This document shows positions 55,816 to 64,000 of a DNA stretch of 64,000 nt, piece after piece. Numbering within the stretch: the first letter of the stretch is position 1; the number at the start of each line of letters is the position of its first letter. The position numbers were made by a program, and so were the translations under genes. The stretch covers positions 3,324 through 67,323 of the forward strand of contig SVQU01000008.1 of the NCBI GenBank assembly GCA_015065165.1, given 5' to 3'. The notes below the pieces were generated by a model. That model searched no databases. It was not told the DNA's origin and saw nothing but the letters and a program-made list of their open reading frames with translations. Source of the DNA: Oscillospiraceae bacterium. Lineage in GTDB: Bacteria; Bacillota; Clostridia; Oscillospirales; CAG-382.

Positions 55816-57432
55816 TTACCGAATAACATAGGTTGCGAAATAAACACGCTTAAGAAGTGCATAGTCTACCGAGTCTATCTCATCGTTTTTATTAACGTCG
55901 CCGATTGTATTATCCGACAGCGCATAAGCACCGAAATAGGCACGTTTAAGAAGCATATAGTCGGTAGAATCAATTTCTTCATTACCGTTAATATCGCCGA
56001 TAAACAATACAGAGTTGATAGTTATTTTTGCGGTTGCAGAATAGGTGGTACCCTTGGTTTTATGGGTTGCGGTAACCGTTACCCAATAGGTACCCGCATC
56101 TACAGGGGCAGAAGAAAGCTTTGCGCCCACACTGCCGCCGTTGTCATTATACCAAACAGAGGTGAAATTATAATCACTCACGTTGCCGTTTTCAAGGGTG
56201 TAAACAACGTCCGCATTAGATTCGCCAACGGTGAGAGCGATTCCGTTATAATCTCTGTCGGTGGTGGCAAGAACAACGTTGGGAGTCGCAGGAACGTAAT
56301 CGGCAGAGGAAAGAGTTAAAATACTTTCGCTGTCGGTGCCCCAAAGCATTTTTGTTCCGTCGTCATAAATATAAGTAAGAGTTGTGGAAAGATAAGCCTT
56401 ATAACCTGCCGAAACCGAACCCGTAAGACCGTTGAGGAAAAGACCGCCGTCCTCACCCACAGAGCCGCTGTCGCTGTTGGTGGTATCCACCATATAGTTT
56501 TTACCGTCATCCATTGTAACGATATTCCACATATGGCCGCCGCCGTTGGTTGTGCCCACAACCGAATAGCAAACGATGTCCTCACTTTGGAAATCCGACA
56601 TATCGCAAAGATATTGGAAGCCCTTGGAATATCCCTCGCAAACAACCTTGGTGGAAGCATCGCCGTCGAAAATATGAATTAACTGCCAAGGGTCGCCATA
56701 GTCAGGATTTGCTTCCTCCAAAACCTCGAAGTTATAATCGGTAAGAGCGCAGATTTCATCGCGATAGGCAACCAATTTGTCATAATCGCCGTAGGAGGCG
56801 TATTTATTAACGATAGCCTTTGCGTTGGCAACCGATTTTGAAACCGTTTGTCCTACAGAAACCACGGGGGCGTCGGGGTTATAGTTTGTGGCTTGATAAC
56901 CCGTGCTTACGCTCATAACCGCAACGATTTTGGTAATTCTGTTACCAAGCGTACCTGCGCCAAAGCCATAGCCTTGGGTTTTATCAAACCAATAAAGGTC
57001 ATAGGGACAGTCGTTTAACAATGCCTCGAAAATTGCTTGGTGGTCAAATTGAGCAAAGAAGTTATTTACAGGGTCAGAGGTAAAAGAGGTTTTTACTCCT
57101 GTCCAGTTTGCCAATTCGGTAGAAGAAGCGTTAAACGTTGCAGAGGTTTGCTCCCCGCTTGCAACCTTTTCGATATTGGATTTCATCCAATCGTAGAAAT
57201 ATTGGTCAACCGAAGAAAGACGCTCTCTTGCAGAAACACCCCAGAAAGAAAACTCTCGCTCGGGGAAAAATGCATTTTCAACGTAACCCGCGAAAAGCTC
57301 GGAATTGTCGGGGAACTCAACATCGGGAACGTATCGGTTCATAACCAATTCCTCGGTTTCGGCAAAGGCGCCGAAGGGAACAGACATAACAAGAACAACT
57401 GTACAGATAAGCAAGGATAAAACGCGTTTCAT
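55816..57432 (-). CDS. Secreted transglutaminase-like (papain-fold Cys-His-Asp) protein with an Ig-like domain and a C-terminal dockerin
   Basis: Signal peptide. Core motifs are VVCEGYSKGFQYLC (Cys), GGGHMWNIV (His) and YMVDTTNSD (Asp). The dockerin reads GDINGNEEIDSTDYMLLKRAYFG...GDVNKNDEIDSVDYALLKRVYFA. Confidence 0.7.
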   Translation of the reverse strand: MKRVLSLLICTVVLVMSVPFGAFAETEELVMNRYVPDVEFPDNSELFAGYVENAFFPEREFSFWGVSARERLSSVDQYFYDWMKSNIEKVASGEQTSATFNASSTELANWTGVKTSFTSDPVNNFFAQFDHQAIFEALLNDCPYDLYWFDKTQGYGFGAGTLGNRITKIVAVMSVSTGYQATNYNPDAPVVSVGQTVSKSVANAKAIVNKYASYGDYDKLVAYRDEICALTDYNFEVLEEANPDYGDPWQLIHIFDGDASTKVVCEGYSKGFQYLCDMSDFQSEDIVCYSVVGTTNGGGHMWNIVTMDDGKNYMVDTTNSDSGSVGEDGGLFLNGLTGSVSAGYKAYLSTTLTYIYDDGTKMLWGTDSESILTLSSADYVPATPNVVLATTDRDYNGIALTVGESNADVVYTLENGNVSDYNFTSVWYNDNGGSVGAKLSSAPVDAGTYWVTVTATHKTKGTTYSATAKITINSVLFIGDINGNEEIDSTDYMLLKRAYFGAYALSDNTIGDVNKNDEIDSVDYALLKRVYFATYVIR

Positions 57433-57460
57433 AACAATTCTCCTTTGGTTTTGTTTTATA

Positions 57461-58909
57461 TTATCTCGTTTTCTTCCACGTGGAGGGAGAAAGCGCGATT
57501 ATCAATGGGAAAATCTCAAGTCTGCCGAGAAGCATCGCACCCGAAAATACAAGCTTCGAAAGGTCGGAATATGCCGCAAAGCTACCCGTTGCCCCTACTC
57601 TGCCAAAGCCGGGACCGATGTTATTAAAGGTGGCAATCACCGCGCTGAAATTGGTTTCAAAGCCGAAAGGCTCGCGGCAAACTATTAAAAACACGGTTAC
57701 AAGACAAAACAGATATATAGCTATATAGGTTGCAACGCTGTTAAGGGTTTGGTCGTCCAAGGGTTTATCCTCGAACTTAACCGAGCTTACGGAGCGAGGG
57801 TGTATAAGACGTTTTATTTCACGGGCAATAAGCTTAAAAAGTATAACTATGCGTGAAATCTTTATACCGCCCGCAGTAGAACCCGAACAGGCGCCGATAC
57901 ACATCAAAACGATTAATATCCCCTTTGACAACCCCGGCCACAAATCGAAATCCGCCGTAGAAAATCCTGTGGTGGTCATAATAGACGACACTTGGAAAAG
58001 GGAATGTCTTAAAGAATCCGCCGCGTTTTCGTAAATAGAATAAATATTATTTGCTATCACCGCAACCGAAGCCGCCGCAATACCCAGATATGCCCAAAGC
58101 TCGGTGCTTTTAAAAAGAGTTCTCAATTTTCCTATTATAAGCAGATAATAAATATTAAAATTAACGCCAAACAAAAGCATAAACACTGCTATAACAATTT
58201 GGCAATAGCTGCTATAACCGCCGATACTGTCCGCCTTTATTCCGAAACCGCCCGTACCCGCCGTGCCGAAGCCGTGAAGTATGCTGTCGAAAACCGGCAT
58301 ACCGACTGCTATAAGAAGTATAATTTCGGCTACCGTCATAACTATATAAATAAGATATAAAATTTTTGCCGTATCCTTTGCGCGGGGAACAAGCTTACCA
58401 ACAACGTGCCCCGGCATTTCTGCGCGCATAATGTGTATGGAACGGTCGGTTATGTTAGAGGCTATCGCCATAACGAACACCAAAACCCCCATACCGCCGA
58501 TCCAATGGGTAAAGCTGCGCCAAAACAGCATACTTTTACTTAATGCTTCCACGTTGGTCAGTATTGATGCCCCCGTGGTGGTAAAGCCGCTTACTGTTTC
58601 GAAAAAAGCATCTATATACGAGGGAATTTCGCCGCTTATCCAAAAGGGCAGAGCGCCGAAAGCCGAAGTGCCCAGCCACGCAAGAGCAACAATGGCAAAG
58701 CCCTCTTTGGCATATATTACGTTGTTTGAGGTTTTGCAAAGACGAGTTATAATCGCGCCCAAGCCGATTGCCCCAAGTGAGGTCCCTAAAAAGGAAACAA
58801 AGGGGATGCTCTCGCCGTATATAAGGGCAACGAACATAGGCAAAAGCAAAAGCGCGCCGACTGTTTGACCAATCCTGCCAAACAGATAAAAAACAAATTT
58901 ACGGTTCAT
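57461..58909 (-). CDS. trkH: TrkH/KtrB-family potassium uptake membrane protein
   Basis: 482 aa polytopic protein with repeated selectivity-filter-like segments (TTGAS, GTGGFG, TTTGFS, NNIGPG). Confidence 0.9.
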   Translation of the reverse strand: MNRKFVFYLFGRIGQTVGALLLLPMFVALIYGESIPFVSFLGTSLGAIGLGAIITRLCKTSNNVIYAKEGFAIVALAWLGTSAFGALPFWISGEIPSYIDAFFETVSGFTTTGASILTNVEALSKSMLFWRSFTHWIGGMGVLVFVMAIASNITDRSIHIMRAEMPGHVVGKLVPRAKDTAKILYLIYIVMTVAEIILLIAVGMPVFDSILHGFGTAGTGGFGIKADSIGGYSSYCQIVIAVFMLLFGVNFNIYYLLIIGKLRTLFKSTELWAYLGIAAASVAVIANNIYSIYENAADSLRHSLFQVSSIMTTTGFSTADFDLWPGLSKGILIVLMCIGACSGSTAGGIKISRIVILFKLIAREIKRLIHPRSVSSVKFEDKPLDDQTLNSVATYIAIYLFCLVTVFLIVCREPFGFETNFSAVIATFNNIGPGFGRVGATGSFAAYSDLSKLVFSGAMLLGRLEIFPLIIALSPSTWKKTR

Positions 58910-58955
58910 AAAATTTATGCCTTTAAATTAATAAATTCTCGCTGTAATTTTTAAA

Positions 58956-60314
58956 TCACACCAAAATATCCGATAAATCAAGGAATTTCTGACCCGAAAC
59001 GATAACCACAACCCTATCGCCGGGCATTATAACGTCGTTACCGGAGGGGATGTTTGCCTTTCTTCCGCGGATGATACCCGCAATAAGGGTGTTGGGCTTT
59101 AACGAAAGGTCGCGCAAAGGAATATTCGCGCCCTTGAAATCTGCGTTAACGTTAAATTCCAACGCCTCTACACTGCCGTCCATAAGCTTATAAAGGGTTT
59201 CGATATTGCTGCCCACCGAATTTTCCAAGGCTCTGGCATATCTTGCCAAAACGTTGGAAACTATCTTTTTGGGCGAAACTATGGAATCCAATCCCAATTT
59301 TTGTGCCATATCCCCAAGCTCGTTGCGGTTGACCTTGGCAACAACCTTTGGAACGTTTTGGGTTTGAGCAAACTTGGAAATAAGGATATTAAGCTCATCC
59401 ATACCCGTTAACGCAATAAAAGCATCCATAGAATCAATGCCCTCTTCGAGCAAAAGCTCCTGCTCGGCGCCGTCTCCGCAAATAATTACCGCTTCGGGTA
59501 ATTGCTCGGAAAACTCACGGCAACGCTCTATATCCTTGTCGATTATCTTAACGGTATTACCGCCCGCAATAAGACGCTTTGCAAGATAATACGAAATACG
59601 GCTTGCACCCAAAAGCATAACGTTTCGTGCGGATTTCTTCGCCAAGCCCAGCATTTTAAGAAGCTTGGGAATTTCATTGGGAGGTGCGGTAAAGCCAATT
59701 TTATCCCCTGCCTGCAAAACGAAATTACCGTCGGGGATATAAACCTTTGCATCACGCTGAACTGCACAAATAAGGAAATTCGCCTTGTATTGCTTACGAA
59801 GCTCGATAAGGCTTATGCCGTTAAGAGGACTGTCCTCTTTAAGAACAAGCCCAACCATTTCGATATTACCGCGGGAAAAGGTTTCGATACTTGCCGCCGC
59901 GGGAATTTTCAAAATATCATACAGCTCCTTCGCCGCCATCCATTCGGGGTTAATAGAAACCGTAAGACCTAAATGCTGACGGAGGAAGCCAAGGCTTTTA
60001 TCATTATATTCGGGGTTGCGTATACGGGCAATTGTATGCTTTGCGCCCATACGCGCCGCCAAAAAGCAGGAAAGCATATTAAACTCGTCCGAGCCTGTAA
60101 CAGCAACGAAAAGTTCCGCCTTGTCTGCCCCTGCCTCGGCAAGGGTTTCACAGTCGGTACCGCTACCGCAAACACACATTACGTCGTATATATTACTTAT
60201 TTCTTCAATAACCTTCGGGGCGGCGTCAATTGCCACAACGTCGTTACCCTCGCCCACAAGGCTTGAAAGTATGGAGATGCCGATTTTTCCGCATCCCACA
60301 ACTATAATTCTCAT
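58956..60314 (-). CDS. trkA: Trk system potassium uptake protein TrkA (tandem RCK domains)
   Basis: MRIIVVGCGKIG and a second Rossmann motif, VMLLGASRISYY. Start moved to ATG 60314 (track start is 60365). Confidence 0.9.
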   Translation of the reverse strand: MRIIVVGCGKIGISILSSLVGEGNDVVAIDAAPKVIEEISNIYDVMCVCGSGTDCETLAEAGADKAELFVAVTGSDEFNMLSCFLAARMGAKHTIARIRNPEYNDKSLGFLRQHLGLTVSINPEWMAAKELYDILKIPAAASIETFSRGNIEMVGLVLKEDSPLNGISLIELRKQYKANFLICAVQRDAKVYIPDGNFVLQAGDKIGFTAPPNEIPKLLKMLGLAKKSARNVMLLGASRISYYLAKRLIAGGNTVKIIDKDIERCREFSEQLPEAVIICGDGAEQELLLEEGIDSMDAFIALTGMDELNILISKFAQTQNVPKVVAKVNRNELGDMAQKLGLDSIVSPKKIVSNVLARYARALENSVGSNIETLYKLMDGSVEALEFNVNADFKGANIPLRDLSLKPNTLIAGIIRGRKANIPSGNDVIMPGDRVVVIVSGQKFLDLSDILV

Positions 60315-60409
60315 TAAAACACTTCCTTGATAATAAGGTTTATCGGGTATTATATCACAATTCATTCACAATTTCAAGAGATTTGACCTTGGTTTTGGTT
60401 AAGAAAATA

Positions 60410-60437
60410 TTGACATATTGCCAAAGCGGTGTATAAT
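60410..60437 (+). promoter_or_regulatory. Near-consensus sigma-A promoter (TTGACA-16-TATAAT) driving the FMN riboswitch and ribU
   Basis: TTGACA at 60410..60415 and TATAAT at 60432..60437, immediately upstream of the riboswitch. Confidence 0.65.
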
Positions 60438-60451
60438 ATAGTTAAAATGAT

Positions 60452-60600
60452 AAAGTTTCGGGGCGGGGCGAAATTCCCCACCGGCGGTAAAGTCCGCGAG
60501 CCTAGGGTTAAACCTACGGCACGAACCGGTGTAATTCCGGTACCGATCGTTAAAGTCGAGATGGGAGAAACAAATACACGCGTGATTTCACGCGCTTTTT
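60452..60600 (+). promoter_or_regulatory. FMN riboswitch (RFN element) with expression-platform terminator
   Basis: Conserved RFN core TTCGGGGCGGGGCGAAATTCCCCACCGGCGGTAAAGTCCGCGAGCC...GGTGTAATTCCGGTACCGATCGTTAAAGTCGAGATGGGAGAA. It is followed by a CGCGTG-ATTT-CACGCG hairpin plus CTTTTT (60579..60600). A riboflavin transporter gene lies downstream. Confidence 0.9.
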
Positions 60601-60636
60601 CCTCTTTCCCCCGATTTGTTCGGAGGTTTTTTATTT

Positions 60637-61230
60637 ATGAAAAAGAACAAGGTTGCCTATATGGCAAAAATCGGCGTATTGTCTGCATTGGCGGCGATAA
60701 TTATGCTTCTCGAATTCCCTTTGCCCTTCGCGCCCCCCTTTTACAAGCTTGATTTAAGCGAATCGGTGGTGCTTATGGCAGGCTTCGCAATGGGGCCTAT
60801 GGCGGCGGTGTTAACCGAATTTTTCAAAATTCTGCTTAACCTGATATTTAACGGCACGGCAACCGCATTCGTGGGTGAAATTTCCAACTTTTTCATTGGA
60901 GTTTCCTTTGTTTTGCCCGCCGCGTTGATTTATAAAAAGCACAAAACCTTTGGTTTTGCTTTGTTAGGTATGGTTACGGGGGCGGTTTCTTTGGTTGTCT
61001 TCGGTTCGCTTATGAATTATTACGTAATGATTCCCGCTTATGCGAAATTTATGGTTCCTATGGAGACTATCGTTAATATGGGCAACGCGGTAAATCCCAA
61101 AATCGACAGCCTTTGGACCTTGGTTTTGTTTGCTACCATTCCCTTTAATTTGCTTAAGGGCGTTATTTGCTCGATACTCGCCACCTTGGTTTATAAACGA
61201 GTTTCGCCGATTTTGCATAAAGAATTCTAA
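60637..61230 (+). CDS. ribU: ECF-transporter S component for riboflavin (RibU/FmnP)
   Basis: About 197 aa with 6 TM helices (IGVLSALAAIIMLLEFPLPFAPPFYKLDLSE). It lies directly behind the FMN riboswitch. ATG 60637 is preferred to the track's 60616. Confidence 0.85.
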   Translation: MKKNKVAYMAKIGVLSALAAIIMLLEFPLPFAPPFYKLDLSESVVLMAGFAMGPMAAVLTEFFKILLNLIFNGTATAFVGEISNFFIGVSFVLPAALIYKKHKTFGFALLGMVTGAVSLVVFGSLMNYYVMIPAYAKFMVPMETIVNMGNAVNPKIDSLWTLVLFATIPFNLLKGVICSILATLVYKRVSPILHKEF

Positions 61231-61329
61231 AAAACTATTGAAAAAAAGCATTTTAAATGTTATTCTTGAAATAAGCCGAAATGATTTGATTTTTCTTCGG
61301 CTGTAAAATAATCCCGAGAGGTAAAAATT

Positions 61330-62295
61330 ATGTTAAAGCCTATTAACGGTACTTGGTTTGAATTTCACCACCACAATATCAAAGAGGGTAAATATTGGAA
61401 CCCTATCGTTCGTGAATTTTCGGATGAACAGTGGGAAGCGAAGGTTGACGAAATCGCATCCCTCGGTATGAAATACATCGTTCTTTTAACCAGCGCGATT
61501 ATTTATCACGATTGGAGCGAGGCATATTTCGAAACCGACGTTCTTCCCAGAGCAAGAATGGCGGCAAAGGACCCTATGGATGCACTCTTGCGCGCGGCAG
61601 AACGCAACGATATGAAGGTATTTATGTCCTGCGGTTTCTATGGCACTTGGGTTGAAACCGAAAACAATATGGTTTCCCCCGAGGTTCAGGCGAGAGCATT
61701 CCGCGCTATGGAACAGCTTTATACAAAATACGGTCATTACACATCCTTCTACGGATGGTATTTGCCCGACGAAACCGCTATTGCCCCCTATTTCGATGAA
61801 AACTTTATAAAATACGTTAACGCATATTCCGCTTTCGGTAAATCCCTTAACAAGGACCTTAAGGTGCTTATCGCGCCCTACGGCACAAATATGCTTAAGG
61901 CTGACGATAAATACGTTGAACAGCTTAAGGAATTGGATTGCGACATTATCGCATATCAGGACGAAATCGGCGTTCGCAAATCCAAGCCCGAGGATACCGA
62001 GGCATATTATGCCGCACTTCGCAAGGCGCACGACAAAGCAGGCAGAAGCGCACTTTGGGCAGATATGGAAGTGTTCGAATTTGAGGGCGACGTTTACAGA
62101 AGCGCGCTTTATGCCGCAGATATGGAAAGAATCGACCGTCAGATAAAGAGTATTTCCCCCTACGTTGATGAAATTCTTATTTATCAGTACACAGGTATGT
62201 TCAACAAGCCCGGCACCATCGCTTATTGCGGACATCCCGATTCTATTAAGCTTTATAACGATTATAAGGCTTGGCTTGAAAAGAATATTAAATAA
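61330..62295 (+). CDS. DUF4434-like protein (putative glycoside-hydrolase-fold TIM barrel)
   Basis: 321 aa with NGTWFEFHHHN...KYWN...WEAKVDEIASLGMKYIVL. The family name is from memory. Confidence 0.55.
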   Translation: MLKPINGTWFEFHHHNIKEGKYWNPIVREFSDEQWEAKVDEIASLGMKYIVLLTSAIIYHDWSEAYFETDVLPRARMAAKDPMDALLRAAERNDMKVFMSCGFYGTWVETENNMVSPEVQARAFRAMEQLYTKYGHYTSFYGWYLPDETAIAPYFDENFIKYVNAYSAFGKSLNKDLKVLIAPYGTNMLKADDKYVEQLKELDCDIIAYQDEIGVRKSKPEDTEAYYAALRKAHDKAGRSALWADMEVFEFEGDVYRSALYAADMERIDRQIKSISPYVDEILIYQYTGMFNKPGTIAYCGHPDSIKLYNDYKAWLEKNIK

Positions 62296-63857
62296 TGATA
62301 CGCATTAACTTTTCGCGTTTACCAAGGGAGGACAACACCTCCCTTTTGGTATTTTTAAAAAAGCTTGTGGGAAATGAGGATTTCGATTTTGAAATCCGCA
62401 AAAAATCCTTGGATGCCCGCCGAGGTAAGGCAAAATTCGTTTATACCGTAGATTTATTTTTAAAAAAGGGCAACGAAGAAAAATTGGCGAAAAGAATCGG
62501 CGGAACGGTTTTACCCCCTGAAACCGAATATACTTTTCCCAAAACCGACAAAACACCCGAAAAACGCCCTGTTGTTGCGGGTTTCGGCCCTGCGGGCATT
62601 TTTGCCGCTTTGATGCTTGCCCGTTCGGGATTTAAGCCTATTGTTTTGGAACGAGGCAAAATCGGCGAAGAACGCAAAAAGGATGTGGACGCATTTTTCG
62701 GCGGCGGCGAATTTAACGAAAACTCCAACATTCAGTTTGGCGAAGGGGGCGCAGGCGCTTTTTCCGACGGGAAGCTTAACACCTTGGTTAAGGACAAGGC
62801 TTTTAGAGGACAGTTTATTCTTAAAGAGCTTGTTAAGGCGGGCGCGCCCGAGGAAACCCTTTATATGGCAAAGCCCCACGTGGGCACAGACCTTTTAAGG
62901 GGCGTTGTAGCAAACCTACGCAAGGAAATTATTTCTCTTGGGGGCGAAATTCGTTTTGAAACCAAATTAGAGGATATAATTACCAACCAAGGGAAATTAG
63001 AGACTATCATAGCCAACGGCGAAAGAATAGACACCGACACACTTTTTCTCGCCACGGGGCAATCGGCAAGAAACGTTGCCGAAATGCTTTACAAAAAGGG
63101 CGCAGAGATTGAAAGAAAGCCTTTTTCGGTTGGGTTTAGAATCGAACATTCCCAAGGGATGATAGACATTTCCCAATACGGCGAAAGCGACGATTTGCGT
63201 TTTCTTCCCCCTGCGGAATATAAATTATTTACCCATTGTAAAAACGGCAGAACCGTTTATAGCTTTTGTATGTGCCCGGGCGGAGAGGTTGTTAACGCTT
63301 CGGCAGAGGAAGGACAGTTGGTAACCAACGGAATGAGCTATCACGCCCGCGACGGCAGAAACGCAAACGCCGCAATACTTTGCGAGGTTTTGCCCGAGGA
63401 TTTGGCAGACGGCATTTTTGCGGGGTTTGATTTCCGCGAGGATTTGGAAAAGCGCGCCTTTGATTTGGGCGGTAAGGATTTCACCGCACCCGCTATGTTT
63501 GTGGGTGAATATTTGGGAACAAAGTTCCCTATTTCCGAAAGAATTGCGCCCACCTACCCAAGAGGTGTGAATTATTGTGATATTTCGGTTTTATTTAACC
63601 GTGAAATAAACGATTCCTTCCGCGAAGCATTAAAGGATTTCGGCAAAAAAATAAAAGGCTTTGACAGCGCAAATGCCGTTATCACCGCGGTGGAAAGCCG
63701 AACAAGCTCGCCAATTCGCATTAAACGCGGGGAAAACCGCCAAAGCAATATCGCGGGTATATACCCTCTCGGCGAGGGCGCAGGCTATGCAGGCGGAATC
63801 ATCTCTGCCGCCATCGACGGCTTGAAAAGCGCCGAGGAATATATACTTTCTTTGTGA
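62295..63857 (+). CDS. FAD-dependent protein (COG2509-type uncharacterised dehydrogenase)
   Basis: 520 aa with the dinucleotide-binding motif VVAGFGPAGIFAALMLARSG and the C-terminal GEGAGYAGGI. Its start overlaps the upstream stop. Confidence 0.75.
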   Translation: MIRINFSRLPREDNTSLLVFLKKLVGNEDFDFEIRKKSLDARRGKAKFVYTVDLFLKKGNEEKLAKRIGGTVLPPETEYTFPKTDKTPEKRPVVAGFGPAGIFAALMLARSGFKPIVLERGKIGEERKKDVDAFFGGGEFNENSNIQFGEGGAGAFSDGKLNTLVKDKAFRGQFILKELVKAGAPEETLYMAKPHVGTDLLRGVVANLRKEIISLGGEIRFETKLEDIITNQGKLETIIANGERIDTDTLFLATGQSARNVAEMLYKKGAEIERKPFSVGFRIEHSQGMIDISQYGESDDLRFLPPAEYKLFTHCKNGRTVYSFCMCPGGEVVNASAEEGQLVTNGMSYHARDGRNANAAILCEVLPEDLADGIFAGFDFREDLEKRAFDLGGKDFTAPAMFVGEYLGTKFPISERIAPTYPRGVNYCDISVLFNREINDSFREALKDFGKKIKGFDSANAVITAVESRTSSPIRIKRGENRQSNIAGIYPLGEGAGYAGGIISAAIDGLKSAEEYILSL

Positions 63858-63889
63858 TTGAACCAAATAAAACAAAAAGCAGAACCTTT

Positions 63890-63925
63890 TGCGAGACTTC
63901 TGATAAGGAAGTCTCGCAGTTTTAT
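63890..63925 (+). terminator. Intrinsic terminator after the FAD-protein gene
   Basis: 11-bp stem TGCGAGACTTC / GAAGTCTCGCA with a TGATAAG loop, followed by GTTTTATT. Confidence 0.8.
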
Positions 63926-64000
63926 TCGCCTTAGGCGAGTGATATTGCTACGCAGTGATATTATGCTTCGCATAGTTATATTGCCTACGGCAGTTTAAGG
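63923..64000. repeat. Array of short triloop hairpins separated by GTGATATT-like spacers, truncated by the window end
   Basis: TCGCC-TTA-GGCGA GTGATAT TGC-TAC-GCA GTGATAT TATGC-TTC-GCATA GTTATAT TGCC-TAC-GGCA GTTTAAGG. Confidence 0.6.

Noticed and set aside
61486-62235. 249-aa minus-strand ORF
   Set aside because: It lies antisense to the DUF4434-like gene. That gene has a proper RBS and is translationally linked to the next gene.

Overview
This is a 64-kb chromosomal window from a Bacillota/Clostridia-like genome. The assignment is inferred from gene content: a yabP-yabQ-divIC-S1 sporulation/division cluster, a SpoVB/MurJ-like flippase, WhiA, PerR plus rubrerythrin, and several cohesin/dockerin modules. 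Positions 1-28.4 kb form one tightly packed, all-minus-strand housekeeping block: S1 protein, divIC, yabQ, yabP, S4 protein, hup, mazG, flippase, udk-like, hemZ-like, dtd, relA/spoT, recJ, cdaR, cdaA, rdgB, ftsY, smc, radical SAM, rnc, plsX, topA, dprA, trmH-family, prmC and DUF1385. The rest mixes core genes with accessory modules. Core genes are alr, murB, whiA, dnaE, a class A PBP, ygiQ, perR-rbr, trkHA, an FMN riboswitch with ribU, and an FAD protein. I saw no rRNA, tRNA, CRISPR array, transposase or integrase. The most interesting signal is an AT-rich island at about 46.8-50.5 kb. It holds a sigma factor, an anti-sigma-like membrane protein and small secreted or dockerin proteins. A 2.74-kb segment (47402..50141) appears inverted, so that it splits the sigma-factor gene and a dockerin-protein gene at the same time. 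Re-inverting it by hand restores both reading frames exactly and makes the whole island co-linear. A 41-nt promoter-like motif occurs once upstream of the sigma gene and once inside the inverted segment. Other notable items are: a protein with a metallothionein-like CGCNN[GD] tract encoded by six tandem 18-bp repeats; an EndoA/MazF toxin gene with no visible antitoxin; a cohesin-plus-dockerin adaptor; a dockerin-tagged transglutaminase-like protein; a shortened WhiA; and a hairpin/spacer micro-repeat array cut by the window end. All functional calls come from motif recognition in the supplied translations. No database search was run.
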